Position numbers and translations under genes: made by a program
Shown: piece after piece, positions 55,878-64,000 of the stretch
Numbering within the stretch: the stretch's first letter is position 1
Layout: each line of letters opens with the position of its first letter
Notes under the pieces: generated by a model
The model's input: only the letters and a program-made list of their open reading frames with translations
The model's database searches: none
Told to the model about the DNA's origin: nothing
Assembly: GCA_964420965.1 (NCBI GenBank)
Contig: CAYQUQ010000001.1
Coordinates: 31,544 to 95,543 of the forward strand
DNA from: an uncultured Planctomycetia bacterium
GTDB taxonomy: Bacteria > Omnitrophota > Gorgyraeia > Duberdicusellales > 4484-171
Length of the DNA stretch: 64,000 nucleotides
Direction: 5' to 3'

Positions 55878-56468
55878 ATGAGTGTCATGGAAATGGTTGC
55901 CAGTAGAGAAAAAAAGGAAATACGCACAGAGTTGTTAAAACGCCTTTTATCTTTGACCCAAGAAGAGTTAAAAAGGAGGAGCAGGAATGTTGAGCATAGA
56001 TTATCGGATTTACCTATATACAGTCAAGCAAAAACAGTTATGGCCTACTACCCCTTAAAGGGGGAAGTGGATATTTTGACGCTGATCAGGAAGGATGTCG
56101 AAAGTAAACAATTTTGTTTTCCGGTGATGGATTTAAAGGCAAAAAGCTTGCGGGCTTTTGCGGTTAGAGATTTAGACCGCGATTTTGTTCCCGGCCCCTT
56201 TGGGGTTATGGAACCGGATACCCGCAAGGCCAAAGAAGTAGATCTTCGAGAAATAGATCTGGTGTTAGTTCCCGGCCTGGGTTTTGATCGACAAAGAAAT
56301 CGGCTGGGAAGAGGCGGCGGATTCTACGACCGCTTCCTTAAGGTAATACCATCTTCGGTAAAGAAAGCCGGAGTAGCCTTTGAATTTCAAGTCCGGGAAG
56401 ACCTTCCGATTCATCCTCCCCTAGATCAAAAAGTCGACGTTGTCGTTAGCGAGAATTTCATAATCTAA
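55878..56468 (+). CDS. fau: 5-formyltetrahydrofolate cyclo-ligase
   Basis: LVPGLGFD, RLGRGGGFYDR. Confidence 0.92.
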   Translation: MSVMEMVASREKKEIRTELLKRLLSLTQEELKRRSRNVEHRLSDLPIYSQAKTVMAYYPLKGEVDILTLIRKDVESKQFCFPVMDLKAKSLRAFAVRDLDRDFVPGPFGVMEPDTRKAKEVDLREIDLVLVPGLGFDRQRNRLGRGGGFYDRFLKVIPSSVKKAGVAFEFQVREDLPIHPPLDQKVDVVVSENFII

Positions 56469-56549
56469 AACCACAAACCACCGCAGATTAAGAGCAGACA
56501 GGGGTATATTCTGCCTGTGATTACCTGCGTTTAAATAAAAGGAGGAGAA

Positions 56550-58100
56550 ATGGCTACTCTTTACATAGCAATAGGAGTGCTCGGCGGCGCAGCTTTGGGA
56601 TGGTGGCTCGGTGAAATTTTTAAAAAGAATAAACTGAAAAAATCAAAAGAAGATGCGGAGAAGATAGTAAAAGAGGCCCAGTTTAAGGCCGAGGAAATTA
56701 TCCGCAAGGCGGATTTAGACGGTAAAGAGCTGCTTTATAAGTTAAGGGTGGATTTTGAAAAGCAGAATTCGTCTAAAAGGAATGAGCTGTCGCAATTAGA
56801 AAAGCGGCTCATGCAACGGGAGGAAAATTTAGAGAAGCGGCTTGGTTTTATCGAGAACAAAGAGGGCGAGTTTAATAAGCGTGAGGCAATTTTGAATCGG
56901 AGCCGGGAGGAAGTGGAGGCCAAAAAGCAAACTCTCGAGAGGTTGATTGAAGACGAGAAGGAAAAGCTGAAAAGGATATCTTCCCTGACCCCTCAAGAAG
57001 CAAGGGAGCTTTTGCTTAGAAGGTATGAAGAAGAGCTGCGCGGCGAAAAAGCCAGAATGATCCGGGAAATGGAGGAAGGTGTGCGGGAGGAAGCGGACGA
57101 GAAGGCAAAAGAGATAATCTCCCAGGCTATCCAGCGCTGCGCCGTAGAGCACACTACCGAAACTACGGTAAGCGTGGTGGCCCTGCCCAATGATGAGATA
57201 AAGGGAAGAATTATCGGTAGAGAGGGCCGCAATATCCGGATGTTCGAAATGGCTACGGGCGTGGATTTGATAATCGATGACACTCCGGAGGCAGTAAGCT
57301 TATCGGGATTCGATCCGGTACGCCGAGAGATAGCCCGTATTTCTTTAGGAAAACTGGTTCAAGACGGACGAATTCATCCGGCGCGGATAGAAGAAATCGT
57401 CGATAAAACTAAACAAGAGTTCGATAAGAAATTGATTGAGGAAGGAAAATCAGCCGCCTTTGAGGTGGGCATTCATAATCTCCACCCGGAATTAATTAAG
57501 TTACTGGGCAAATTAAGATATCGCACCAGTTTTGGCCAGAATGCCCTTCAACACTCAAAGGAAGTAGCCATTATTATGGGCATATTAGCTTCCGAACTGG
57601 ATTTGGATGCGCGGATGGCCAAAAGGGCAGGCTTGCTTCACGATATCGGCAAGGCCATCGATCATCAGGTAGAAGGAACACACGCTCAGATCGGGGCGGA
57701 TCTATTGAGAAGATACGGAGAACACGACCTGGTTATAAATGCCGCTGAAGCACACCATGAGGAAGCAGAATTTAGCTCCATTTATTCTCTGCTGGCTTTA
57801 GTTTCCGATGCTATTTCCGCATCCCGACCCGGTGCCCGGCGCGAAACCTTGGAAACATATATAAAACGCCTGCGCCAGATCGAGACCATAGCCAGCTCAT
57901 TTGAGGGGGTCGATAAGAGTTTTGCCATCCAGGCCGGACGCGAAATTAGGGTAATTGTCCAGCCGAACAGAGTGAAGGACAACGAAATCAGCATGCTGGC
58001 TCACGAGATAAAGAAGAAATTGGAACAGGAAATGGACTATCCCGGTAATATTAAGATTACGGTGATCAGAGAAACCCGGGCTGTAGATTACGCTAAATAA
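56550..58100 (+). CDS. rny: Ribonuclease Y
   Basis: N-terminal TM, coiled coil, [24 protein letters not shown]. Confidence 0.96.
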   Translation: MATLYIAIGVLGGAALGWWLGEIFKKNKLKKSKEDAEKIVKEAQFKAEEIIRKADLDGKELLYKLRVDFEKQNSSKRNELSQLEKRLMQREENLEKRLGFIENKEGEFNKREAILNRSREEVEAKKQTLERLIEDEKEKLKRISSLTPQEARELLLRRYEEELRGEKARMIREMEEGVREEADEKAKEIISQAIQRCAVEHTTETTVSVVALPNDEIKGRIIGREGRNIRMFEMATGVDLIIDDTPEAVSLSGFDPVRREIARISLGKLVQDGRIHPARIEEIVDKTKQEFDKKLIEEGKSAAFEVGIHNLHPELIKLLGKLRYRTSFGQNALQHSKEVAIIMGILASELDLDARMAKRAGLLHDIGKAIDHQVEGTHAQIGADLLRRYGEHDLVINAAEAHHEEAEFSSIYSLLALVSDAISASRPGARRETLETYIKRLRQIETIASSFEGVDKSFAIQAGREIRVIVQPNRVKDNEISMLAHEIKKKLEQEMDYPGNIKITVIRETRAVDYAK

Positions 58101-58141
58101 CTAAAATAGACAATAGGTTGAGAAGGAGTTAGAATAGGACA

Positions 58142-58924
58142 ATGAGGATATTATTTATCGGCGACATTGTGGGGAAACCGGCCCGGTTATATCTTAAGGA
58201 AAAGCTACCTTCTTTAAGAGAAGATTTAAACTTAGGGTTTGTTATCGCCAACGGCGAAAATTGTGCCGGAGGTTCCAGTGTCACCCCGGATACCGCTGAC
58301 GACCTTTTTAACTGCGGTATAGACGTAGTTACCTCCGGCGATCACATTTTTAAAAAGAAAGAATCTAAAGATGTGCTCGGCGTAAGGGACATTATCCGCC
58401 CTTTGAATTACGGAGAGCTAGCCGCCGGGGTCGGGTATCTGATAAAGGAAGTCGAGGGAGTAAGAGTGGGGGTGGTAAATCTTTTAGGCCGGGTTTTTAT
58501 GCAGCCGGTGGATTGCCCCTTTAAAGCCATGAAGGAAGTTTTAGAGGATATCCGTAAAGAAGCGAAGGTAATCGTCGTGGATATGCATGCCGAGGCCACC
58601 AGCGAGAAGCTGGCTTTAGCTTATTTTCTGGCCGGAAAAGTAAGCGCGGTGATCGGTACCCACACCCATATCCCTACGGCCGATGAGCGGATAATCGATA
58701 ACTTTACCGCTTATATTACCGATGCCGGCATGACCGGAAGCTTTGATTCTATTTTAGGAAGGGAGAAACATCAAATTATCGAGCGTTTTATTACTAATAT
58801 GCCGGTCCGGTTTAATTTAGCCCAGAAGGATGTTCGGATTCAGGGGGTAGTCATTGACGTTAATGCCGAAACCGGAGCCGCTGTCTCGATCGAGAGGGTG
58901 GAATACAGAAGAAATAGTGAATAG
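58142..58924 (+). CDS. ymdB: YmdB-like metallophosphoesterase
   Basis: IGDIVG, NGEN, DMHAEATSEK, GTHTH; follows rny. Confidence 0.92.
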   Translation: MRILFIGDIVGKPARLYLKEKLPSLREDLNLGFVIANGENCAGGSSVTPDTADDLFNCGIDVVTSGDHIFKKKESKDVLGVRDIIRPLNYGELAAGVGYLIKEVEGVRVGVVNLLGRVFMQPVDCPFKAMKEVLEDIRKEAKVIVVDMHAEATSEKLALAYFLAGKVSAVIGTHTHIPTADERIIDNFTAYITDAGMTGSFDSILGREKHQIIERFITNMPVRFNLAQKDVRIQGVVIDVNAETGAAVSIERVEYRRNSE

Positions 58925-58950
58925 AATGTCGCTAGTCAACGGGAGATATT

Positions 58951-59304
58951 ATGGATTGGGGCGGTAGAGAAAAAAGACGTTTTGTAAGAGCTCATTTTCC
59001 CTGCAGGGTAACGGTGCATACCCCCGAAGAGCACGTAATCAATACGCATACCGAAAATATCGGCGCCGGAGGGCTCAAGCTGGTTATTGCCGAAAAACTG
59101 GAAGTCGGAGTGCTGGTCGGCCTGGAGATTTATTTAGATAGTGAAACTATAACCTGTCAGGGGAGAATAGTCTGGGTGGTAGAAGGTAAGCCCATTCCGG
59201 ATAAACCCGTTTTTTATGATTCCGGCATCGAATTTTATCAAATCGACGAGAATGACCAGAAAGTGATTGCTGCTTTCGTCGGATCTATCGTCGAATCTTC
59301 CTAA
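58951..59304 (+). CDS. PilZ domain protein
   Basis: EKRRFVR (RxxxR), NIGAGG, GIEF. Confidence 0.85.
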   Translation: MDWGGREKRRFVRAHFPCRVTVHTPEEHVINTHTENIGAGGLKLVIAEKLEVGVLVGLEIYLDSETITCQGRIVWVVEGKPIPDKPVFYDSGIEFYQIDENDQKVIAAFVGSIVESS

Positions 59305-59307
59305 AAA

Positions 59308-61182
59308 ATGATTTTAGAAAGAGTTAACTCCCCCCAGGATTTAAAGAACCTTAGTCACGAAGAACTAAAAGCGCTCAGTAGCGAAATAAGAGATTTAATC
59401 ATCGCGGTTATCTCTAAAAAGGGCGGCCATCTGGCTTCTTCCCTGGGTTCGGTGGAGCTCTGTTTAAGCTTACATCACTGCCTTAATACCCCCTGGGATT
59501 CTCTTATTTTCGACGTCGGGCACCAGACTTATGCCCACAAGATTATTACCGGAAGAAGGGAAGCTTTTAATACGGTGCGGGAATATCGAGGAATCAGCGG
59601 ATTTCCCAATTCTAAAGAGTCTGTTTATGATATCTACATTTCCGGCCACGCCTCTACGGCTATCTCCTGGGCCCAGGGTATATCCGAGGCGAAAAAGTTA
59701 AAGAAAGCCGAAACAAAAACAGTGGCGGTAGTCGGAGACGGCTCTTTAACCGGAGGGATGTGCTTTGAGGCTTTGAATTCCTGCGGGCATTCCCAAAATG
59801 ATATTTTAATCGTAGTCAACCATAACGAGATGAGTATTTCGCCCTCGGTAGGGGCTTTAAGTAGTTATCTGACCAAAATAATCTCCGCGCCGATATACAA
59901 CAGAATAAGAAACGAGCTGGAAAGCTTTCTTAAACATTTTTCTTTGATGAAACGGCTGGTTCAGAGAGCCAGAAAGTTCGAAGAAACCATAAAGGGCCTG
60001 GTCGTGCCGGGAATATTCTTTGAAGAGTTGGGTTTTCGTTATTTCGGGCCGATTGACGGGCATGATTTTTCTACCCTGATTCCGACTTTAAAAAACGTTA
60101 TTTCTTTAAAGGGCCCGCGAGTTTTGCACGTCATTACCAAGAAGGGCAAGGGTTATAAGTTTTCCGAGGAGAATCCCGAAGATTTCCACAGTGCTTCCTT
60201 GTTTGATGTCGCCAACGGCGGCTCCTTAAAGGAAAGCCGGGAGAGCTTCAGCGAAGTTTTTGCCCGCAAGCTCATTTCTCTGGCTGAGGATGACCAAAGA
60301 ATTGCGGCCATAACCGCCGCTATGCCCAAGGGTACCGGACTTTATTTATTCGCCCGGAAATTTCCGGATAAGTTTTTTGATGTAGGTATTGCCGAGGCCC
60401 ATGCCGTCGGTTTTGCCAGCGGACTGTCCCGAGGGGGCTTTAAGCCGGTGGTGGCTATATATTCTACATTTTTGCAGCGCTCATTCGACCAGATAATTCA
60501 CGATGTTGCCCTGCAGAATCTGGGAGTTGTGTTCGCCGTTGACCGGGCCGGAGTAGTGGGCGAAGACGGCCCGACTCACCAGGGAGTTTTTGATATCGGC
60601 TACTTGCGGATGATTCCGAACATGGTCTGTATGGCCCCTAAAGATAAAGAGGAGCTTCAGGATATGCTGGAGTTTGCCTGCCGGCTGGATTTACCGGCCA
60701 GTATCCGCTACCCTAGAGGCCAGGCCTATTCTCTGGGCCAGAAGCAGCCTATTGAGCTGGGAAAGGCCCAGGTTATTAAGGAAGGCGATTGTCTCTGCCT
60801 GATTGCCCTGGGTTCAATGGTAAAGACAGGTTTAGAATGCATTTCTTTGCTGGGTCAAGAGGGAATAGACGCCGCATTGATAAACGCCCGTTTCATCAAA
60901 CCTCTGGATGAAGAGCTATTCAGGGGCTTAGCTGAAAAGTTTAAGTTTATCGTCACCCTTGAGGAAGGAAGTTTAGCCGCCGGATTCGGAGGAGCGGTTC
61001 TAGAGTTTTATGAAAGAGAGGGGCTGCTGGAAAAAACAAATTTAGTGCGCGCCGGCCTTCCCGATGAATTTATCCCGGCAGCGACCCGAGAAAAATTACT
61101 GAGCATTTACGGTTTAGATCCTTCCGCTCTCGCCGAGAGGATAAAAAGGTTATTGTCGAATAGAATTGCATGGCAGAAGTAA
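59308..61182 (+). CDS. dxs: 1-deoxy-D-xylulose-5-phosphate synthase
   Basis: GGHLASSLG, DVGHQ, GDGSLTGG, DVGIAE, GEDGPTH. Confidence 0.96.
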   Translation: MILERVNSPQDLKNLSHEELKALSSEIRDLIIAVISKKGGHLASSLGSVELCLSLHHCLNTPWDSLIFDVGHQTYAHKIITGRREAFNTVREYRGISGFPNSKESVYDIYISGHASTAISWAQGISEAKKLKKAETKTVAVVGDGSLTGGMCFEALNSCGHSQNDILIVVNHNEMSISPSVGALSSYLTKIISAPIYNRIRNELESFLKHFSLMKRLVQRARKFEETIKGLVVPGIFFEELGFRYFGPIDGHDFSTLIPTLKNVISLKGPRVLHVITKKGKGYKFSEENPEDFHSASLFDVANGGSLKESRESFSEVFARKLISLAEDDQRIAAITAAMPKGTGLYLFARKFPDKFFDVGIAEAHAVGFASGLSRGGFKPVVAIYSTFLQRSFDQIIHDVALQNLGVVFAVDRAGVVGEDGPTHQGVFDIGYLRMIPNMVCMAPKDKEELQDMLEFACRLDLPASIRYPRGQAYSLGQKQPIELGKAQVIKEGDCLCLIALGSMVKTGLECISLLGQEGIDAALINARFIKPLDEELFRGLAEKFKFIVTLEEGSLAAGFGGAVLEFYEREGLLEKTNLVRAGLPDEFIPAATREKLLSIYGLDPSALAERIKRLLSNRIAWQK

Positions 61183-61409
61183 GGATAAAAAATAAATTAG
61201 GCTGCGCAGTAGCAATCGATAAAGATAGATGCAAGGGGTGCCAGCTTTGCATTTTTTACTGTCCCACCAAACATTTAAAACTTTCCTCAAAGTTAAACAA
61301 AAGGGGAGTTAAGTTTGCTCAGATTAAAAGCGAAGATTCCTGCACCGGCTGTGGATTTTGTTTCCTCATCTGCCCCGAAAGCTGCATAGAAGTTTATGAA
61401 AATAAATAG
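61170..61409 (+). CDS. 2x[4Fe-4S] ferredoxin (oxidoreductase delta subunit)
   Basis: CKGCQLC...CP and CTGCGFC...CP. Confidence 0.9.
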   Translation: MAEVRIKNKLGCAVAIDKDRCKGCQLCIFYCPTKHLKLSSKLNKRGVKFAQIKSEDSCTGCGFCFLICPESCIEVYENK

Positions 61410-62625
61410 AAGCGGAACAAAGCGGAACAAAACGCGGATAAACGCCCAGAACGCTTCGGGCGTTAATCCGCGTAAATATCCGCATATATCCGCTTCTACT
61501 AATAAAGTATTGATGGTGGGTAATGAAGCCATAGCCGAGGCGGCGATCAGGGCGGGCTGCCAGTTTTATGCCGGTTATCCGATAACCCCCCAGAACGAAT
61601 TAATAGCTTATATGGCCCGGAGGATGAGAGAGGAGAAACGGGTATTCATCCAGGCAGAGAGCGAAATAGCCGCGATCAATATGGTTCTTGGGGCGGCCGC
61701 TACCGGAGCAAGGGCCATGACTACTTCTTCTTCCCCGGGAATTTCTTTAAAGCAAGAAGGTATTTCCTATCTAGCCGGGGCCCAGCTTCCGGCCGTAATA
61801 GTCAACGTGATGCGGGGCGGCCCGGGCCTGGGCAATATCGCTTCCAGCCAATCCGATTACTTTCAAGCTACCCGCGGCGGCGGCCACGGAGATTACTTCA
61901 CTTTAACCCTTTCTCCCTGGAGCGTAGAGGAGGCCGTTCGGCTTACCTCTCTGGCTTTTGATTTAGCTGATCGCTATAGAAACCCGGTGTTGGTTCTGGC
62001 TGATGCCATAATCGGGCAGATGATGGAACCGGTTTCCTTCCGCCTATGCAGGGAACGGTCGCGACCGTTCCCTGCAAAAACAAAGAAACCCTGGGCCTTG
62101 ACCGGAGCAGAAAAAAGGCCGCCCAATGTCGTAAAGTCTTTTTTCTTAAGAGAAGGCGGCCTCGAAGTTCACAATGCGCGCTTGAAAAACAAGTGGGCCC
62201 GGATTAAGGTCCGGGAGCAGAGATTTTCGGTTTACCCCGTTAGAAAAGAATTTTCTAACGGGGCACGTAAAGCCAGCAAAGTCCGATTCCTAGCGGTTGC
62301 CTACGGTTCCCAGGCCCGAATAGTCAAAGAAGCAGTAGACAGTTTAAGAAATGAGGGGGTAAATATCGGGTTGTTTAGACCCGTAACTCTCTGGCCTTAT
62401 CCCAAGAAAGGCTTAGTCAGAGCGGCGAAAGAAGTAGAGAAGATTCTTGTCATCGAGCAATCATTGGGGCAGATGCTGGAAGATGTACAGCTGACTTTGC
62501 CGGGGAAAGAAATCCTTTTTTTAGGCAAAGCCGGCGGAGGGGTCCCCTCCGTTACCGAAATTGTCAAATTTGTAAAAAAGAATGTAGGGGCCGCAGATCT
62601 GCGGCCCGTACAAAATAAATTATGA
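61396..62625 (+). CDS. 2-oxoacid:ferredoxin oxidoreductase alpha subunit (VorB-like) with palindrome-derived inserts
   Basis: GNEAIAEAA, GYPITPQ, QAESEIAA, SSPGISLKQE; start could be later than 61396. Confidence 0.9.
   Translation: MKINRSGTKRNKTRINAQNASGVNPRKYPHISASTNKVLMVGNEAIAEAAIRAGCQFYAGYPITPQNELIAYMARRMREEKRVFIQAESEIAAINMVLGAAATGARAMTTSSSPGISLKQEGISYLAGAQLPAVIVNVMRGGPGLGNIASSQSDYFQATRGGGHGDYFTLTLSPWSVEEAVRLTSLAFDLADRYRNPVLVLADAIIGQMMEPVSFRLCRERSRPFPAKTKKPWALTGAEKRPPNVVKSFFLREGGLEVHNARLKNKWARIKVREQRFSVYPVRKEFSNGARKASKVRFLAVAYGSQARIVKEAVDSLRNEGVNIGLFRPVTLWPYPKKGLVRAAKEVEKILVIEQSLGQMLEDVQLTLPGKEILFLGKAGGGVPSVTEIVKFVKKNVGAADLRPVQNKL
61407..61498. repeat. Palindromic element family B, copy 3 (in frame)
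   Basis: tagaagcgga...tccgcttcta. Confidence 0.82.
62047..62076. repeat. REP-like palindrome in frame
   Basis: tgcagggaacggtc-gc-gaccgttccctgca, perfect arms. Confidence 0.88.
62231..62263. repeat. Palindromic element family A, copy 6 (in frame)
   Basis: ttta+ccccgttagaaaa-gaa-ttttctaacgggg. Confidence 0.9.
62584..62611 (+). repeat. GTAG-type REP-like palindrome in the gene's 3' end
   Basis: GTAG-gggccgcag-at-ctgcggccc-gtac. Confidence 0.8.
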
Positions 62626-63356
62626 AAAAGAAGTTCAGCCGTCCCCAATCCTTAAAAGACGTAAGCACCCACTATTGTGCCGGCTGCGGCCACGGTATTC
62701 TGCACCGCTTGGTGGCCCGGGCCGTTGATGAGTTAGGGGTGCGCGAAAAAACAATCGGAGTCGCTCCTGTGGGCTGCGCGGTTGTGGCCTATGATTACTG
62801 GAATTTTGATCTGGCCGAGGCTGCTCACGGAAGAGCTTTAGCCGTAGCCACGGGGATAAAGCGCTGCCGGCCGCAAAATATGGTATTCACTTATCAAGGT
62901 GACGGCGATTTAGCCTCTATCGGAACGGCCGAAACCCTGCATGCGGCTAATCGCGGCGAGAATTTAACCTGCATTTTTGTCAATAACGCCTGTTATGGTA
63001 TGACCGGCGGGCAAATGGCTCCTACTACGCTTATCGGACAGAAAACTACCACTACCCCCTGGGGTAGAGACCCTTCTGCCGGCGATGGCTGGCCGTTGAA
63101 ACTAAGCGAGATCTTGTCGGTCCTTCAAGGGGTTAACTTTATTGTCCGGACGGCAATAAGTAATCCTGCCGGGGTTAAAAAAACTTACCAGTATATCCAG
63201 AAGGCATTCCGTAACCAGATCGAGAAAAAAGGATTTTCTCTGGTCGAGGTTTTAAGCCCCTGTCCGACCATCTGGCGGATGAATCCGGTTGAATCAGTTC
63301 AATGGATAGAAAAAGAAATGACCAAAGAGTTCCCCTTAGGTGTCATTAAGGAATAA
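62622..63356 (+). CDS. 2-oxoacid:ferredoxin oxidoreductase beta (TPP-binding) subunit
   Basis: YCAGCGHG, QGDGD, NNACYGMTGGQ, SPCPT. Confidence 0.93.
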   Translation: MKKKFSRPQSLKDVSTHYCAGCGHGILHRLVARAVDELGVREKTIGVAPVGCAVVAYDYWNFDLAEAAHGRALAVATGIKRCRPQNMVFTYQGDGDLASIGTAETLHAANRGENLTCIFVNNACYGMTGGQMAPTTLIGQKTTTTPWGRDPSAGDGWPLKLSEILSVLQGVNFIVRTAISNPAGVKKTYQYIQKAFRNQIEKKGFSLVEVLSPCPTIWRMNPVESVQWIEKEMTKEFPLGVIKE

Positions 63357-63357
63357 T

Positions 63358-63383
63358 GTAGGGGCCGATCCCTGTATCGGCCC
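63358..63383 (+). repeat. GTAG-type REP-like palindrome
   Basis: GTAG-gggccgat-ccctgt-atcggccc. Confidence 0.8.
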
Positions 63384-63389
63384 AAGAAG

Positions 63390-63941
63390 ATGGCAATGAA
63401 AACCGAAATCTTAATTTCCGGGTTTGGCGGCCAGGGTTTGATGCGCTTGGGGAAGATTATGGCTCAGGTTGCTCTGGATGAAAACAAACATACCAGCTGG
63501 TTTCCCTCTTACGGCGCAGAGATGCGGGGAGGAACCGCCCATTGTTTTGTCAAGATTTCTTCGGCGCCGATAGCCTCACCCCTGGTGGAATTTCCCGATA
63601 TATCCCTCATTTTTAATCAACCCTCTCTGGATAAGTTCGCCCCCAGGCTAAAAAATAAAAGTTTGCTAATCATAAATACGGATTTAGTCAACGGTTTCTT
63701 GAGCCGCGGGGATGTTCAAGAAATCGGCTTACCCTTAAACAAATTAGCTTTAGAGTGCGCCAGTTTACGGGTAGCTAATATTGTCGCGTTAGGATTTTTA
63801 ACCGCCTTTAAAAACAATCTGTTCAAGGAAGAAACCGTAGTTAAGGTTCTTAAGAAGGTTTTTGATAAAAAGGAGAATTCAGAAGTTAATCTTAAAGGAT
63901 TCTATAAAGGCAGGGATTTTTTTCGCCAGTTTAGCAAGTAG
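63390..63941 (+). CDS. 2-oxoacid:ferredoxin oxidoreductase gamma subunit
   Basis: SGFGGQG, PSYGAEMRGGT, ANIVALG. Confidence 0.93.
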   Translation: MAMKTEILISGFGGQGLMRLGKIMAQVALDENKHTSWFPSYGAEMRGGTAHCFVKISSAPIASPLVEFPDISLIFNQPSLDKFAPRLKNKSLLIINTDLVNGFLSRGDVQEIGLPLNKLALECASLRVANIVALGFLTAFKNNLFKEETVVKVLKKVFDKKENSEVNLKGFYKGRDFFRQFSK

Positions 63942-64000
63942 GTGTTATGCGGGCTAAGGCTATCGATAAAATTATTAAGTTGTTAAAAATTCCGGCTTTT

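Noticed and set aside
63947-64000. Possible gene start at the window end
   Set aside because: Only 18 codons are visible, too few to identify.

Overview
Ordinary bacterial chromosomal DNA from an anaerobe, most likely Candidatus Omnitrophota. That assignment is an inference from the giant modular protein and gene content, not proof. Housekeeping blocks (rpoD-gatCAB-ctpA-tsaD; era; rlmD; rlmN; HU-[6S?]-fau-rny-ymdB-dxs-2-oxoacid:ferredoxin oxidoreductase) surround four unusual things. (1) A ~20-kb oxygenase-free aromatic type II PKS cluster (KS, CLF, ACP, two cyclases, B12 radical SAM). It carries a nucleoside phosphorylase/isomerase/aldolase/aldehyde dehydrogenase/CoA-ligase set that could turn a SAM by-product into a starter unit. 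(2) A 2353-aa modular protein with Ser-rich linkers that are DNA direct repeats, an internal twin-arginine motif and an orphan copy of its 3' end upstream. (3) Two integrase-less arrays of integron-like cassettes with closely related attC sites, several encoding exported proteins that share a ~45-aa N-terminal domain. (4) Several families of small palindromic elements that supply stop codons, interrupt an attC site and sit in frame inside proteins. I saw no rRNA, tRNA, CRISPR array, transposase or integrase gene.
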